The notes under the pieces: model-generated
What the model saw: only the letters and a program-made list of their open reading frames with translations
Told to the model about the DNA's origin: nothing
The model's database searches: none
Shown here: piece by piece, positions 38,604-48,339 of the stretch
Layout: each line of letters opens with the position of its first letter
How positions within the stretch are numbered: position 1 is the first letter of the stretch
Program-made: the position numbers and the translations under genes
DNA from: Treponemataceae bacterium
GTDB taxonomy: Bacteria; Spirochaetota; Spirochaetia; Treponematales; Rectinemataceae
Direction: 5' to 3'
DNA: 64,000 nt
NCBI GenBank assembly: GCA_963678065.2
Contig: CAXXVZ010000003.1
Coordinates: 544,001 to 608,000, forward strand

Positions 38604-39944
38604 ATGATTCCCGCCCAGCTCAAGGACAAGGTTCCACCATACAACGCCGAAGCCGAACAGGCCTGCCTCGGCGCCGTCCTGCTCGACGCAGATGCCCTCC
38701 CCATCGTCCTTCGCTACCTCAGGCCGGATGATTTCTATGTGAACGCCAACAAGGACATCCTCGCGGGCGTCATCTCCCTCTATGAGAAGGGCCAGAAATC
38801 CGACCTCATCACGCTGACCGACGAGTTGCGCCTCATGGGAACGCTCGACAGGACGGGAGGGCCAGGCTACATAGCCAACCTGACATCTGTTACGCCTTCC
38901 TCGGCCAATGTCGAGTACTACGCCAAGATCGTCCAGGAAAATTCGATCAGACGCAACCTCATCCGTCTCTCCGCCACGCTGTCCACGAGCGCCCACGACG
39001 ATTCGGTCGAGTCCGGGGTCATCCTCGACGAGGCGCAGGCGAAAATCTTCGAGATCACGCAGAACCGTCAGGCCGTCAGCTACAAAAGCGCGCGCGATCT
39101 TCTGCCGGAGACGATCAAAAACATCGAGGCGCTGTACAAAAACAAGGAACCCTACACTGGCATCCCAACAGGATTCTCCGACCTCGACTCCATGACTTCA
39201 GGATTCCAGAACTCCGAGTTCATCGTAATTGGCGCGCGTCCTTCCGTCGGAAAGACAGCCCTCGCCCTCACGATGGCCGCCCATGTGACCATAGACAAAA
39301 AAATTCCTGCCGCCTTCTTCTCACTCGAAATGGCCGACATGGCCATCATGCAGCGTCTCATTTCCAGCGAAGCGCGCATCCCGAACGAAAAGCTCCGCAC
39401 AGGACTCATCAAGGCCTCCGATTTCACCGACCTCATGGCGGCCGCGGGCCGGATCTACGAAGCTCCCCTTTACATCATCGACATGCCCAACATGAAGCTC
39501 CTCGATTTAAGGACCATGGCGCGCCGGCTCAAGGCGGAGAAAAGCATACAGATCGTCTATGTCGACTACCTGACCCTCATCACTCACGAGAACGCCGACC
39601 TCCCGCGCTGGGAGCAGATTGCTAGCATCTCACGTTCGCTCAAGGCACTAGCCCGCGAGCTCAAGATCCCCGTCGTCGCCCTGTCTCAGCTCAAACGAGA
39701 GGCGGAGGGCAAGCAGCCGAGCCTCGCGGACCTGCGCGAGTCGGGGTCCATCGAGCAGGACGCCGACGTGATTTTCTTCCTGCACCGCGACCGTGAGATA
39801 GACCGCAAGCGCGATGAGCAATCCAACGTGATAGAGACCGACCTCATCGTCGCAAAAAACCGCAATGGCCCGGTCGGCAAGACGACGATAGCCTTCCTGC
39901 CCAAATTCACCAAATTCGAAGAGATGGACAGAAGACACAGCTGA
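38604..39944 (+). CDS. dnaB: replicative DNA helicase
   Basis: PPYNAEAEQACLG, GARPSVGKT, FSLEM, VDYL, SQL.R, DLRESGSIEQDAD, AKNRNGP. Confidence 0.98.
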   Translation: MIPAQLKDKVPPYNAEAEQACLGAVLLDADALPIVLRYLRPDDFYVNANKDILAGVISLYEKGQKSDLITLTDELRLMGTLDRTGGPGYIANLTSVTPSSANVEYYAKIVQENSIRRNLIRLSATLSTSAHDDSVESGVILDEAQAKIFEITQNRQAVSYKSARDLLPETIKNIEALYKNKEPYTGIPTGFSDLDSMTSGFQNSEFIVIGARPSVGKTALALTMAAHVTIDKKIPAAFFSLEMADMAIMQRLISSEARIPNEKLRTGLIKASDFTDLMAAAGRIYEAPLYIIDMPNMKLLDLRTMARRLKAEKSIQIVYVDYLTLITHENADLPRWEQIASISRSLKALARELKIPVVALSQLKREAEGKQPSLADLRESGSIEQDADVIFFLHRDREIDRKRDEQSNVIETDLIVAKNRNGPVGKTTIAFLPKFTKFEEMDRRHS

Positions 39945-40046
39945 GGGTGAGGTCTGCGGAGTTGGGTTGATGGGGTAAAAGTAAGCAATCGGACGATGGA
40001 GCGATAATACGCGGAGCCCGGCCAGATGGCCGGGCTCCACTGCACT

Positions 40047-41450
40047 CTAGAGTTTCGTGAAGAAGAGTATGTCGCTCAGCGTCGCGACGAGGAAGAGAAC
40101 CATGATCATGGCTGAACCAGCGAACTGAAAACGCATGATCGTCTTGGCCTTGAGCGGGCGCTTCCTGAAAATTTCCACGATGAACATGAGAATGAGTCCG
40201 CCGTCCAGGGCAGGGATGGGCAACAGGTTCATTATGAACAATCCGACGGAAAGAAAAGCGAGAAAATTGAAAGTCTGCACGAGGCCGGCTACGCCGCTCT
40301 GACTGACCGAGTCCTTGGTTGCCTTCCCCACCATCCAGGTGATGCGGGCCGGACCGGAGATGGCCTGGAAAACATCGACGCCCCTGAACAAGAGACCGAT
40401 ACTCTTGAGCGTGAGGAGAGATGTGTTCCATGTCTCACGTGCCCCGTCGACCACGGCGGAGGGCAGGCTGGCGGAGCGGACGCTGCGGGTTAGGGTCCGG
40501 AAACTGACTCCGAGGTTGGATTCGCCTGAGCCCGACCAGGAAAGGATCATCTGGGTATCCTTCGCCGAACCGCTCCGGGAATAGGATACCAGAACCTTTT
40601 CCGGTTTCGCCTTGAGGGCGGAAATGATATCGAGGGAATTGCGGACGGGAATCGAATTGACCGCGAGGACGATGTCCCCCGGCTCGAGCCCGGCCAGGGC
40701 CGCTGCGCTCCCGGGCTCGACATTGGAGATCACCGGGTCGATCCAGGAATAGACGCCGATCTTTCCAGCCCCCGAAGATTTGTCGAGACGGGGTACAACT
40801 GTGGTCTCGACCTTCGCGCCCCCCCGCTCCAGGACGACAGGAAGACGCTTGCCCGGCGAGGTTGCGATGATATCCTGGATGTCGGTGTAGTCCCGGACTG
40901 GCCTGCCGGCGATCGAAACGATGAGGTCTCCTGACACCATGCCCGCTTCGTCGGCGGGATTGAGGAGCGCGACAGGGGAGGCTGCCCCCTTCGCGGATGA
41001 CGTGGAGGCCGCCGTCGTGTCGAAGGAATAGCCGCTCGCGAGTATGATCCTCGCGGGAGTGGTGTTGATCGTGTAGCCAAGTGCCGCCACGATGGAAAAA
41101 ACGATGACTGCGAAGATGATGTTGGCTGTCGGGCCTGCGAGGGCCACCGCTATGCGTCGAAGGGCGGAAACGCCGTAGAAACTGCCGGGATCGCGGGGCA
41201 GCTCATCGAGATGTTCGCTCATGGCACGGCGGAAGGCGTCCTCGCCCCTCATCTTGCAGAACCCACCCACAGGAAAGGCAGAAATCTGCCATTCCGTGCC
41301 GCCTTTTTTGAAGCCGGCTATCTTCGGCCCCCAGCCGATGGAGAATGTCTCGACTTCTATGCCTACCGCGCGTGCGGCAACAAAATGGCCAAGCTCGTGG
41401 AAAAGCACCACGAGGCCGAGACCGGCAAGTCCAAGCAGGATTGTGATCAT
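40047..41450 (-). CDS. rseP: site-2 protease RseP with two PDZ domains
   Basis: HELGH, FSIGWG, NLLPIPALDGG. Confidence 0.95.
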   Translation of the reverse strand: MITILLGLAGLGLVVLFHELGHFVAARAVGIEVETFSIGWGPKIAGFKKGGTEWQISAFPVGGFCKMRGEDAFRRAMSEHLDELPRDPGSFYGVSALRRIAVALAGPTANIIFAVIVFSIVAALGYTINTTPARIILASGYSFDTTAASTSSAKGAASPVALLNPADEAGMVSGDLIVSIAGRPVRDYTDIQDIIATSPGKRLPVVLERGGAKVETTVVPRLDKSSGAGKIGVYSWIDPVISNVEPGSAAALAGLEPGDIVLAVNSIPVRNSLDIISALKAKPEKVLVSYSRSGSAKDTQMILSWSGSGESNLGVSFRTLTRSVRSASLPSAVVDGARETWNTSLLTLKSIGLLFRGVDVFQAISGPARITWMVGKATKDSVSQSGVAGLVQTFNFLAFLSVGLFIMNLLPIPALDGGLILMFIVEIFRKRPLKAKTIMRFQFAGSAMIMVLFLVATLSDILFFTKL

Positions 41451-41452
41451 TG

Positions 41453-42601
41453 TTACTCCGGAATGGCCCGGGCTGCAGCGGCCCTGGACCTCGAATCTAC
41501 TTCGAATATACTGCCGAGATCATCCAGATGCGAAGGCCAATCCAGAGAGAGAGCGGCCTCGACGATGGAGGGGATATCCGTGAAGCGAATCCGTCCCGCC
41601 TCGAAGGCGGCGACCGCGATTTCGTCCGCGGCATTGTAGGCGACCGTGTGGCCCTCTCCCGCGGCGACTGCACGGTAGGCGAGGGCGAGAAGTGGATAAC
41701 GCTCCGGTTCGGGGCGACGGAAGTCCAGACTTCTTCCGGCGAGATCCAGGCGCCCCCAGGCGCAGGGCAACTGTTCAGGCCAGGTCAGGGCGTTCTGAAT
41801 GGGCACCCGCATGTCGGGGTCAGAAATCTGTGCGTAGAGAGATCCATCCGTCGTTCGAACGAGGGCGTGGACATAGCTCTGCGGGTGGACGAGGACCTTG
41901 ACGCAGGAAGGAGCAAAACCGAAGAGGCGCACAGCCTCTATGACTTCGAGGCCTTTGTTGGCCATGCTGGCAGAATCTATCGTGATCTTGCGACCCATGC
42001 TCCAGTTGGGGTGGGAAGACGCCTGGTCGGGTGTGACCTCAGAGAGCAACTCAAGAGGGAGGTCGCGGAAGGCTCCGCCCGAAGCCGTTATGGTGAGTTC
42101 GGCGATCTCTTCCACCCCGACCCGCGAGACAAGCTGAAAGAGTGCGGCATGCTCGGAGTCGACGGGAATGATGGATTTTCCAGCCTTCCCGGCGCAGGCG
42201 CGGAGAAGGCCGTATCCCATGACGACGCTTTCTTTGTTGGCGAGGGCGAGATCTTTTCCGGCCGATAGGCTCGCGAGGGAGGGAGCGAGACCGCCTGAGC
42301 CCGCTATGCCGTTCACGACCATATCAGCATCGGTCTCTGTGACGAGGGCGCACAGGGCAGCGGATACGTCCTGAGCGGGACCGCCAAAGACTCCTTTCCG
42401 TGCCTGGCTCGGGCGCTCCGGGCCGGAGAGAAGTATCTTCGCCGCGGGAAATTCTTTCGCGAGCGCGGAGAGCCCGGCACGGTCACTGTGGGCTGACAGG
42501 CCGGCGATCTCAAAAAGGTCGGGGAAGGCCCTGACAACGTCGAGGGTTTGGCGGCCGATCGAACCTGTGGCGCCAAGGATGATAATCTTTTTTTTGGGCA
42601 T
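41453..42601 (-). CDS. dxr: 1-deoxy-D-xylulose-5-phosphate reductoisomerase
   Basis: LGATGSIG, LANKES, PVDSEH, HPNWSMGRKITIDSA. Confidence 0.97.
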   Translation of the reverse strand: MPKKKIIILGATGSIGRQTLDVVRAFPDLFEIAGLSAHSDRAGLSALAKEFPAAKILLSGPERPSQARKGVFGGPAQDVSAALCALVTETDADMVVNGIAGSGGLAPSLASLSAGKDLALANKESVVMGYGLLRACAGKAGKSIIPVDSEHAALFQLVSRVGVEEIAELTITASGGAFRDLPLELLSEVTPDQASSHPNWSMGRKITIDSASMANKGLEVIEAVRLFGFAPSCVKVLVHPQSYVHALVRTTDGSLYAQISDPDMRVPIQNALTWPEQLPCAWGRLDLAGRSLDFRRPEPERYPLLALAYRAVAAGEGHTVAYNAADEIAVAAFEAGRIRFTDIPSIVEAALSLDWPSHLDDLGSIFEVDSRSRAAAARAIPE

Positions 42602-42603
42602 GG

Positions 42604-43479
42604 CTAAACCTGGTTGAAAAATCCGGCAAAACGAGCGATGAGGAGGAATACCGGAGCGGCGAAGAGGAGGCTGTCGAAGGAATCAAGGAGGCCGCCGCGG
42701 CCGGGAACGATGGTTCCGGAATCCTTGACTCCCACGCTCCGTTTGAGAGCGCTCTCGAACAGGTCTCCTGCGATGACACAAAGTCCCGTCGTGAGCCCCC
42801 AGAGCGAGAGGACAATCCATGACGCATGGATCGCGTCCGGGAAAAGAAAACGAGAGATGAAGGTCGCGAGGACAGATCCTGCGAGCCCGCCTATGAAGCC
42901 CGCGAGGCTCTTGTTCGGGGAGGCGGCGACAATCCCGCGCCTCCGGCCGAGAGTCACGCCGAAAAACCAGGCCAGCGAATCGTTACCGAATGTCATGAAG
43001 GAGAAAGAAAAAATGGCGGCCATTCCCTGCTCGAAACCCGAGGCTATGAGCACCCAGAAGGCTCCGAGAATTCCTGGATAGACGAGCACGAGGCTCATTG
43101 CGGCTGTAGTGCGCATGACCTGGGGCATCTTATCGCGGGAAGTGAAGGCCACCGGAGCAAAGAGAAGGACAGCCGCCAGGCCTGCGGCGAGAAAAAGCGC
43201 CTCGGCTGGTCTTGGCGAACCGGGAATGGCGTCGACATAGAGGCAGGCGATATACCCGGAGAGGGAGATAAAGAGATTTGCCACGATCATTCTGCCCGGT
43301 TTCAGGCTCGTTCCCGAGGTTTTAAGCAAAGTGAGCATCTCGTGGGTGGCGACCGCGACGACGATCAGCGCTATGACGACGACGGGAAGGTGGCGCGCAA
43401 AAGGAAAAAAGATAACGAGGGCGACAAAGCCGGGAATCCCGACAAAAAACAGAAGAAGCCTCTGAAGAGTGTTGCTCAT
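42604..43479 (-). CDS. cdsA: phosphatidate cytidylyltransferase
   Basis: SPNKS..G, GDLFESALKR..GVKDSG..PGRGGLLDSFDS. Confidence 0.94.
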   Translation of the reverse strand: MSNTLQRLLLFFVGIPGFVALVIFFPFARHLPVVVIALIVVAVATHEMLTLLKTSGTSLKPGRMIVANLFISLSGYIACLYVDAIPGSPRPAEALFLAAGLAAVLLFAPVAFTSRDKMPQVMRTTAAMSLVLVYPGILGAFWVLIASGFEQGMAAIFSFSFMTFGNDSLAWFFGVTLGRRRGIVAASPNKSLAGFIGGLAGSVLATFISRFLFPDAIHASWIVLSLWGLTTGLCVIAGDLFESALKRSVGVKDSGTIVPGRGGLLDSFDSLLFAAPVFLLIARFAGFFNQV

Positions 43480-44186
43480 GGTCTCCCGCCGAAGCGACGT
43501 TTCCTTGAGCCGAAAGATTCGATGGCCGCGTCGAGGTCTTCGGCGCAGAAGTCGGGCCAATACTTGTCGGTGAACCAGAGTTCGGAGTAGGCCGACTGCC
43601 ACAGAAGGAAATTGGACATGCGCAGATCTCCCGCGGTCCTGATGATCAGGTCGGGATCGGGAAGTTCAGGCCGATCGAGGGCGGACCGAATCGATTCTTC
43701 GGTTATTTCCCTGCCTGAGCGGGCGACGCGTCGGGCGGCGCGGGCGATTTCATCTCGTCCGCCGTAATTCACCGCTATATTGACAGTGATCCTTTCGTAC
43801 TGTGCCGTGTCCTTCTCGACCTGGCGGATGTCGGCGACGATGCCTCTGTCGAGGCCGTCGGGGTCTCCGGAGTGAACGACGCGAATCCTGTTTTGACGGT
43901 AGAAATCATACTCCGCGAGGAGATAGTTCTTGAGAAGCCCCATGAGGAACCCGACTTCCTCGGTCGTGCGCTTCCAGTTCTCAGTCGAGAAGACGTAGAG
44001 GGAGAGGTAGCGGATACCGGCCTTTTCGGCGGCGAGCACGACGCGTTTTGCCGCCTTCCTGCCTTCCTGGTGCCCTTCTGCGCGGGAAAGCCCACGGTCG
44101 GTCGCCCAGCGCCCGTTGCCGTCCATTATTATGCCGATATGGACGGGGAGGGCGCGCGAGACCTTGAGGACAGGGGATTCCTGCAT
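43476..44186 (-). CDS. uppS: undecaprenyl diphosphate synthase
   Basis: HIGIIMDGNGRWA, FSTENWKR, NYGGR, RMSNFLLWQ. Confidence 0.96.
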   Translation of the reverse strand: MQESPVLKVSRALPVHIGIIMDGNGRWATDRGLSRAEGHQEGRKAAKRVVLAAEKAGIRYLSLYVFSTENWKRTTEEVGFLMGLLKNYLLAEYDFYRQNRIRVVHSGDPDGLDRGIVADIRQVEKDTAQYERITVNIAVNYGGRDEIARAARRVARSGREITEESIRSALDRPELPDPDLIIRTAGDLRMSNFLLWQSAYSELWFTDKYWPDFCAEDLDAAIESFGSRKRRFGGRP

Positions 44187-44189
44187 GGA

Positions 44190-44744
44190 TCAGACTTCCA
44201 GGATTTCTTTTTCTTTTTCTTCGAGGGCCTTGCCGACCTGAAGGACAAAAGAGTCAGTGAGCTTCTGAAGTTCCTCTTCTTCCTTTTTGATCACATCTTC
44301 GGCGATGCCGCCTGCCGCGAGCTGTTTTTTGAGATCCTCGAGGCCATCGCGCCTGATGTTGCGGATGGCGACGCGGGATTGCTCAGTCATGGCCTTTGCA
44401 GTCTTGGCGAGCTGTTTGCGGCGCTCCTCGGTGAGGGGCGGAATGGCGATGCGGATGACCTTGCCGTCATTGGAGGGGTTGAGTGAGAGCTCCGACTTCA
44501 TGATGGCTTTTTCTATCTCGACGATGAGGTTGCGGTCCCAGGGCTGGATGACGATGAGTCTCGCTTCGGGAACGGAAATCGTCGCAACCTGGGCGAGGGG
44601 AGTTTTCTGGCCGTAGTAGTCCACTCGGATCTTATCGAGGAGCGCGGGAGAAGCCCGCCCCGTCCTGACGCCATTGAACTCATCCTTGAGGCTGGCCACG
44701 GTTTTCTTCATGCGCTCTTCGCACGCGGCTTTCACGGTACTCAT
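44190..44744 (-). CDS. frr: ribosome recycling factor
   Basis: RTGRASP.LLD.I.VDYYG, PPLTEERR, RNIRRD. Confidence 0.97.
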   Translation of the reverse strand: MSTVKAACEERMKKTVASLKDEFNGVRTGRASPALLDKIRVDYYGQKTPLAQVATISVPEARLIVIQPWDRNLIVEIEKAIMKSELSLNPSNDGKVIRIAIPPLTEERRKQLAKTAKAMTEQSRVAIRNIRRDGLEDLKKQLAAGGIAEDVIKKEEEELQKLTDSFVLQVGKALEEKEKEILEV

Positions 44745-44855
44745 GATTCCCCCTTGCATGTACAAAGGCCCGGCTTCAAGAGCTGCCGGGCCTCGGGACG
44801 GAACGTCATCCCCGTTCGCGGATGGAGTTCCGTCCGGACAGGGATGATGCTGAAC

Positions 44856-45710
44856 TCACTGGGCCTCGCCAACCTTCATGTAGACGAAATCGACGATTTC
44901 GAGCTTGCACTGCGCCTGTTTGGCGACAGCGGCCATTGTGTCGGCGACGGAGACTTTCTCGTCCTTGACGAAACCCTGGTCGAGGAGGCAGATCTCGGAC
45001 ATAAGCTTTTTGAGCTTGCCTTTGAGGATGCCCTGAACGACTTTCTCGGGCTTGCCCTTCATCTTCTCGTCGAGCTCGACCTGCTTCGCGAAGATCTCTT
45101 CCTGCTCCTTGATCCAGGCCGCATCGGGCTTGGACTCGTCGAGGAAGCTGGGGTTGAAGGCGGCGATGTGGAGGGCGATGTCGTGCACGAAGGCGACGGC
45201 GGCGGGGTTCGCGAAGGCCTCGGGCTTGTCTGCCCTGACCTTGACAACGACGCAGAGGTGCCCTTCTCCGTGGGAGTACGAGTGCACATACTCGTTTGTT
45301 CCGGCGCTGACCCGGCGAACGCGCTTCAGGGTGATGTTTTCCTTGATGACGGAGGCGATGTCCTTGACCATGCCCTCGAGCTCGGCGTTGGGGGCATCGA
45401 AGGCCTTTTCATGGGCGACAGCGGCGATTTGGGCGCCGGCGGCCTGGAAATTGGCGTTGCGGGTCACGAAATCGGTCTCACAGGCGATCTCGACGAGGGT
45501 GATGACGCCTTCGCTCTCCACGATGAAGATGCGGCCCTCGTTGGTGGCACGTCCAGCGCGCTTTTCTACGCCGGCCATTCCCCACTCGCGAAGGAGTTTT
45601 TCGGCAGCGGCGACATTGCCGCCCGCCTCGGTGAGGGCTTTCTTGCAATCGAGCATGCCGGCGCCGGTCTTCTCGCGCAGACTCTTTACGTCACTGGCTT
45701 TGATATCCAC
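44856..45710 (-). CDS. tsf: elongation factor Ts
   Basis: VKSLREKTGAGMLDCKKAL, CETDFV. Confidence 0.97.
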   Translation of the reverse strand: MDIKASDVKSLREKTGAGMLDCKKALTEAGGNVAAAEKLLREWGMAGVEKRAGRATNEGRIFIVESEGVITLVEIACETDFVTRNANFQAAGAQIAAVAHEKAFDAPNAELEGMVKDIASVIKENITLKRVRRVSAGTNEYVHSYSHGEGHLCVVVKVRADKPEAFANPAAVAFVHDIALHIAAFNPSFLDESKPDAAWIKEQEEIFAKQVELDEKMKGKPEKVVQGILKGKLKKLMSEICLLDQGFVKDEKVSVADTMAAVAKQAQCKLEIVDFVYMKVGEAQ

Positions 45711-45730
45711 GGTAGTTCTCCTTCCAGCCC

Positions 45731-46612
45731 TTACTTGGTCTCGTACAGCCTGTCTTCATCCACGATAGGAGAGGCTTCGGGAGCTGCGGGCTCTTCGGCC
45801 TTGACTTTCTCGCTGGCGCTGTAGGTGCTGGGATCGATTTCGACCTCGTCGTCCTCTTCGGCGACGGCGGCGTCGGTCTTGACTTCCTCGGGCTCATCGC
45901 CGGGGAGTGTTTCGATGATCTTGAGGCCTTCTGCGGCGCCGGCCTCGACGACCGCGTTGGCGATGATCTGCGTGAAGAGGCTGATCGAGCGGATGGCGTC
46001 ATCGTTGCCGGGGATGGGATAGGTGATGCCTTCGGGGTTGCAGTTGGTGTCGACGACGGCCACGATCGGAATGCCGAGGCGCTGGGCTTCGGCGACGGCA
46101 ATGGTCTCCTTGCGGGTGTCGATGACGAAGATGGCTCCGGGAAGTTCCTTCATCTCCTTGATCCCGCCGAGATTCTTCTCGAGTTTTGTCTTTTCCTTGG
46201 CGAGACTGGCGATTTCTTTCTTGGTGAGGCTTTCGAAGGTTCCGTCGACTTCCATCTTCTCTATCTTCTTGAGGCGGAGAATGGATTTCTTGATGGTCGT
46301 GAAATTGGTGAGCATGCCGCCGAGCCAGCGATTGTTCACGTAGAACATCTCGCAGCGCTCCGCTTCCTTCTGGATGGCAGTCTGGGCCTGTTTTTTGGTT
46401 CCGACAAAGAGGACGCTCTTGCCGCCGGCGACGATTTTCTGGACAGCCTCGTAGGCTTCCTTGATGGACTGTATCGTTTTCTGGAGATCGATGATGTGGA
46501 TGCCGTTGCGCTCGGCGAAGATGTACTTCTTCATGCGCGGATCCCAGCGTTTGACCTGATGTCCGAAGTGGACGCCAGACTCGAGCAGGTTCTTCATTGT
46601 GACGACTGCCAA
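45731..46612 (-). CDS. rpsB: 30S ribosomal protein S2
   Basis: [44 protein letters not shown] start after GGGAGG. Confidence 0.97.
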   Translation of the reverse strand: MAVVTMKNLLESGVHFGHQVKRWDPRMKKYIFAERNGIHIIDLQKTIQSIKEAYEAVQKIVAGGKSVLFVGTKKQAQTAIQKEAERCEMFYVNNRWLGGMLTNFTTIKKSILRLKKIEKMEVDGTFESLTKKEIASLAKEKTKLEKNLGGIKEMKELPGAIFVIDTRKETIAVAEAQRLGIPIVAVVDTNCNPEGITYPIPGNDDAIRSISLFTQIIANAVVEAGAAEGLKIIETLPGDEPEEVKTDAAVAEEDDEVEIDPSTYSASEKVKAEEPAAPEASPIVDEDRLYETK

Positions 46613-46792
46613 GAGTTCCTCCCACGACCGGATCGTGTGTCCGGTCCCCGTCTCTGATTCTCGTCCCTGACAACGTGGCGCCGATGTGCGGGTTGCCCGC
46701 GGATCACGCGCTTTAGTGTTCCGGCAGTGCCGGAGACCGGCCTTTGGGGGCCGGAGGGACGGAAGATGTCGGCGCACAGGCGCCGATTGTGC

Positions 46793-47428
46793 CTACCCCC
46801 TGGGGGGAAGGCCGCCTCCGCGAGGAAGCGGGCGGAAATCCGCCGCCGCCAGCATGCCATAAAGCTCGCGGATTGGCAAGCCCACGATGCCGGACCAGGA
46901 ACCTTCGATACGGTCGATGAACCAGGCGGCGAGGCCTTGGATCTTGTATGCGCCTGCTGCGCCTTCCCAATCCCCTGCCATTATATAGAAGTCGATCTCG
47001 TCGGGGCTCATGGGAGCGAATCGTACGAGACTGTCGGAGGATGCCGTAAACAGTTGTCCCGAGCCGCAACAGTAAAGGGCGAGGCCTGTGTGGACGTGAT
47101 GGGTTCTGCCGGCAAGAAGGCGGATCATATCCCTGGCCTCGGCAGCGTCGGCGGGCTTGCCGAGGGCGATTTCAGCTCCGGATTCTTCCAGACAGACGAG
47201 GGTGTCGGCGCCGAGGATGGCGTCACCGGGCGTGAAACCTGATTCGGGCGCCACGAGAGCGGCGGAGCGCGCCTTGCGCTCGGCCAGGGCGAGGACGCGC
47301 GATGAGACTCCGAGATGATCGCAGGCCGATTCGTCGATATCCGAGGGGAGGATGACAGGATCGAAGCCGAGTGAACAGAGGATTTCCCGGCGCCGGGGAG
47401 AAGCAGAGGCAAGGATGAGGCGGTTCAT
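46793..47428 (-). CDS. maf: Maf family nucleotide pyrophosphatase
   Basis: ILASASPRRREIL, GADT, LGKP, AGAYKIQG, GLP. Confidence 0.94.
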   Translation of the reverse strand: MNRLILASASPRRREILCSLGFDPVILPSDIDESACDHLGVSSRVLALAERKARSAALVAPESGFTPGDAILGADTLVCLEESGAEIALGKPADAAEARDMIRLLAGRTHHVHTGLALYCCGSGQLFTASSDSLVRFAPMSPDEIDFYIMAGDWEGAAGAYKIQGLAAWFIDRIEGSWSGIVGLPIRELYGMLAAADFRPLPRGGGLPPRG

Positions 47429-47549
47429 GGGAGATCATGGAAGCGAAGGTGAAAGCCAGGGTCAAGTACCCGCAGGAAGCGGTGGCAGCGAGAACGGCAG
47501 TCGGTCTGAACCGGAACATTCCTCCGCGCCGGCAGAGAAGCGCTTCGCC

Positions 47550-47579
47550 TTGACAGCGGAGGAAGCGGCATACTAGTAT
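47550..47579 (+). promoter_or_regulatory. sigma70 promoter for tRNA-Arg
   Basis: TTGACA-18nt-TAGTAT. Confidence 0.6.
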
Positions 47580-47591
47580 CCACCTTACCAT

Positions 47592-47665
47592 GAGCGATTA
47601 GCTCAGCTGGATAGAGTATCGGCCTCCGAAGCCGAGGGTCACGCGTTCGAATCGCGTATCGCTCA
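47592..47665 (+). tRNA. tRNA-Arg (CCG)
   Basis: GAGCGAT/ATCGCTC acceptor, TCGGC-CTCCGAA-GCCGA anticodon arm, ACGCG-TTCGAAT-CGCGT T arm. Confidence 0.96.
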
Positions 47666-47675
47666 CTCTGTGTTG

Positions 47676-47710
47676 GCCACCCCATACGGCTGTATGGGGT
47701 GGCTTTTTTT
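47676..47710 (+). terminator. rho-independent terminator after tRNA-Arg
   Basis: GCCACCCCATAC / GTATGGGGTGGC stem followed by T7. Confidence 0.85.
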
Positions 47711-47776
47711 CCCCTCCGGCCACGGGACTGGAGCAGTTGTGCAGGAAGAGAGCGGGGGACATCGCTCCCGCCAGAC

Positions 47777-48220
47777 CTACCTGAATTTCCCGATTTCGAT
47801 CTGGACCAAGGCATCACAGAGTTCGTTCGGTTCGATGCCGGCATGCCCTTTGACCCACTCGTAGTGGGGCCTGACTCGGGAAGCTACGGCATCGAGTTCT
47901 TCCCACAGCTCCTTGTTCTTTACCGGTTTCTTGTCGGCGGTGCGCCAGCCATTGCGCTTCCATGAGATGATCCAGGAGCTGATACCGTTTTTTACATACT
48001 GCGAGTCGGTGTACAGGATGACAGGCTGTCCGGGGGCTCTTTGCTCGGCAAGCCCGAGGGCCTCGATGACGGCGCGAAGTTCCATGCGATTGTTGGTAGT
48101 GGGGTTTTCGCCGCCCGATCCACGTACTTCCCCGTTTCCGTCGCGATAGACGAAAGCCCAGCCGCCAGGGCCGGGATTTCCGGAGCAACCGCCGTCGGTG
48201 TAGATTATGATGGGTTCCAT
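47777..48220 (-). CDS. rnhA: ribonuclease HI
   Basis: YTDGGCSGNPGPGG, TNNRMEL, TDSQY, WVKGHAG..NE.CD. Confidence 0.97.
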   Translation of the reverse strand: MEPIIIYTDGGCSGNPGPGGWAFVYRDGNGEVRGSGGENPTTNNRMELRAVIEALGLAEQRAPGQPVILYTDSQYVKNGISSWIISWKRNGWRTADKKPVKNKELWEELDAVASRVRPHYEWVKGHAGIEPNELCDALVQIEIGKFR

Positions 48221-48226
48221 TCAGGC

Positions 48227-48256
48227 ACCCTACGACGACGACGCCCTCCGGGTCAA
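48227..48256 (-). promoter_or_regulatory. putative promoter for rnhA (leaderless geometry)
   Basis: TTGACC-18nt-TAGGGT-6nt-ATG. Confidence 0.45.
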
Positions 48257-48302
48257 TGCCGACTTGCGTGGCGCCGGAGATGGCAGGCCGGCGACCCGAG
48301 GC

Positions 48303-48331
48303 TTGTGCATACAGAGACTAGACTGTAAACT
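48303..48331 (+). promoter_or_regulatory. putative promoter for ABC exporter pair (leaderless geometry)
   Basis: TTGTGC-17nt-TAAACT-8nt-ATG. Confidence 0.5.
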
Positions 48332-48339
48332 TGTGTTTT

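Noticed and set aside
44745..44855. No pyrH between tsf and frr; hairpins in the gap
   Set aside because: The tsf-frr arrangement without pyrH is normal in Treponema and Borrelia; the hairpins are ordinary intercistronic stems.
47592..47710. tRNA-Arg as an integration site for the island
   Set aside because: It is flanked by core genes, and I saw no integrase or duplicated tRNA 3' end.
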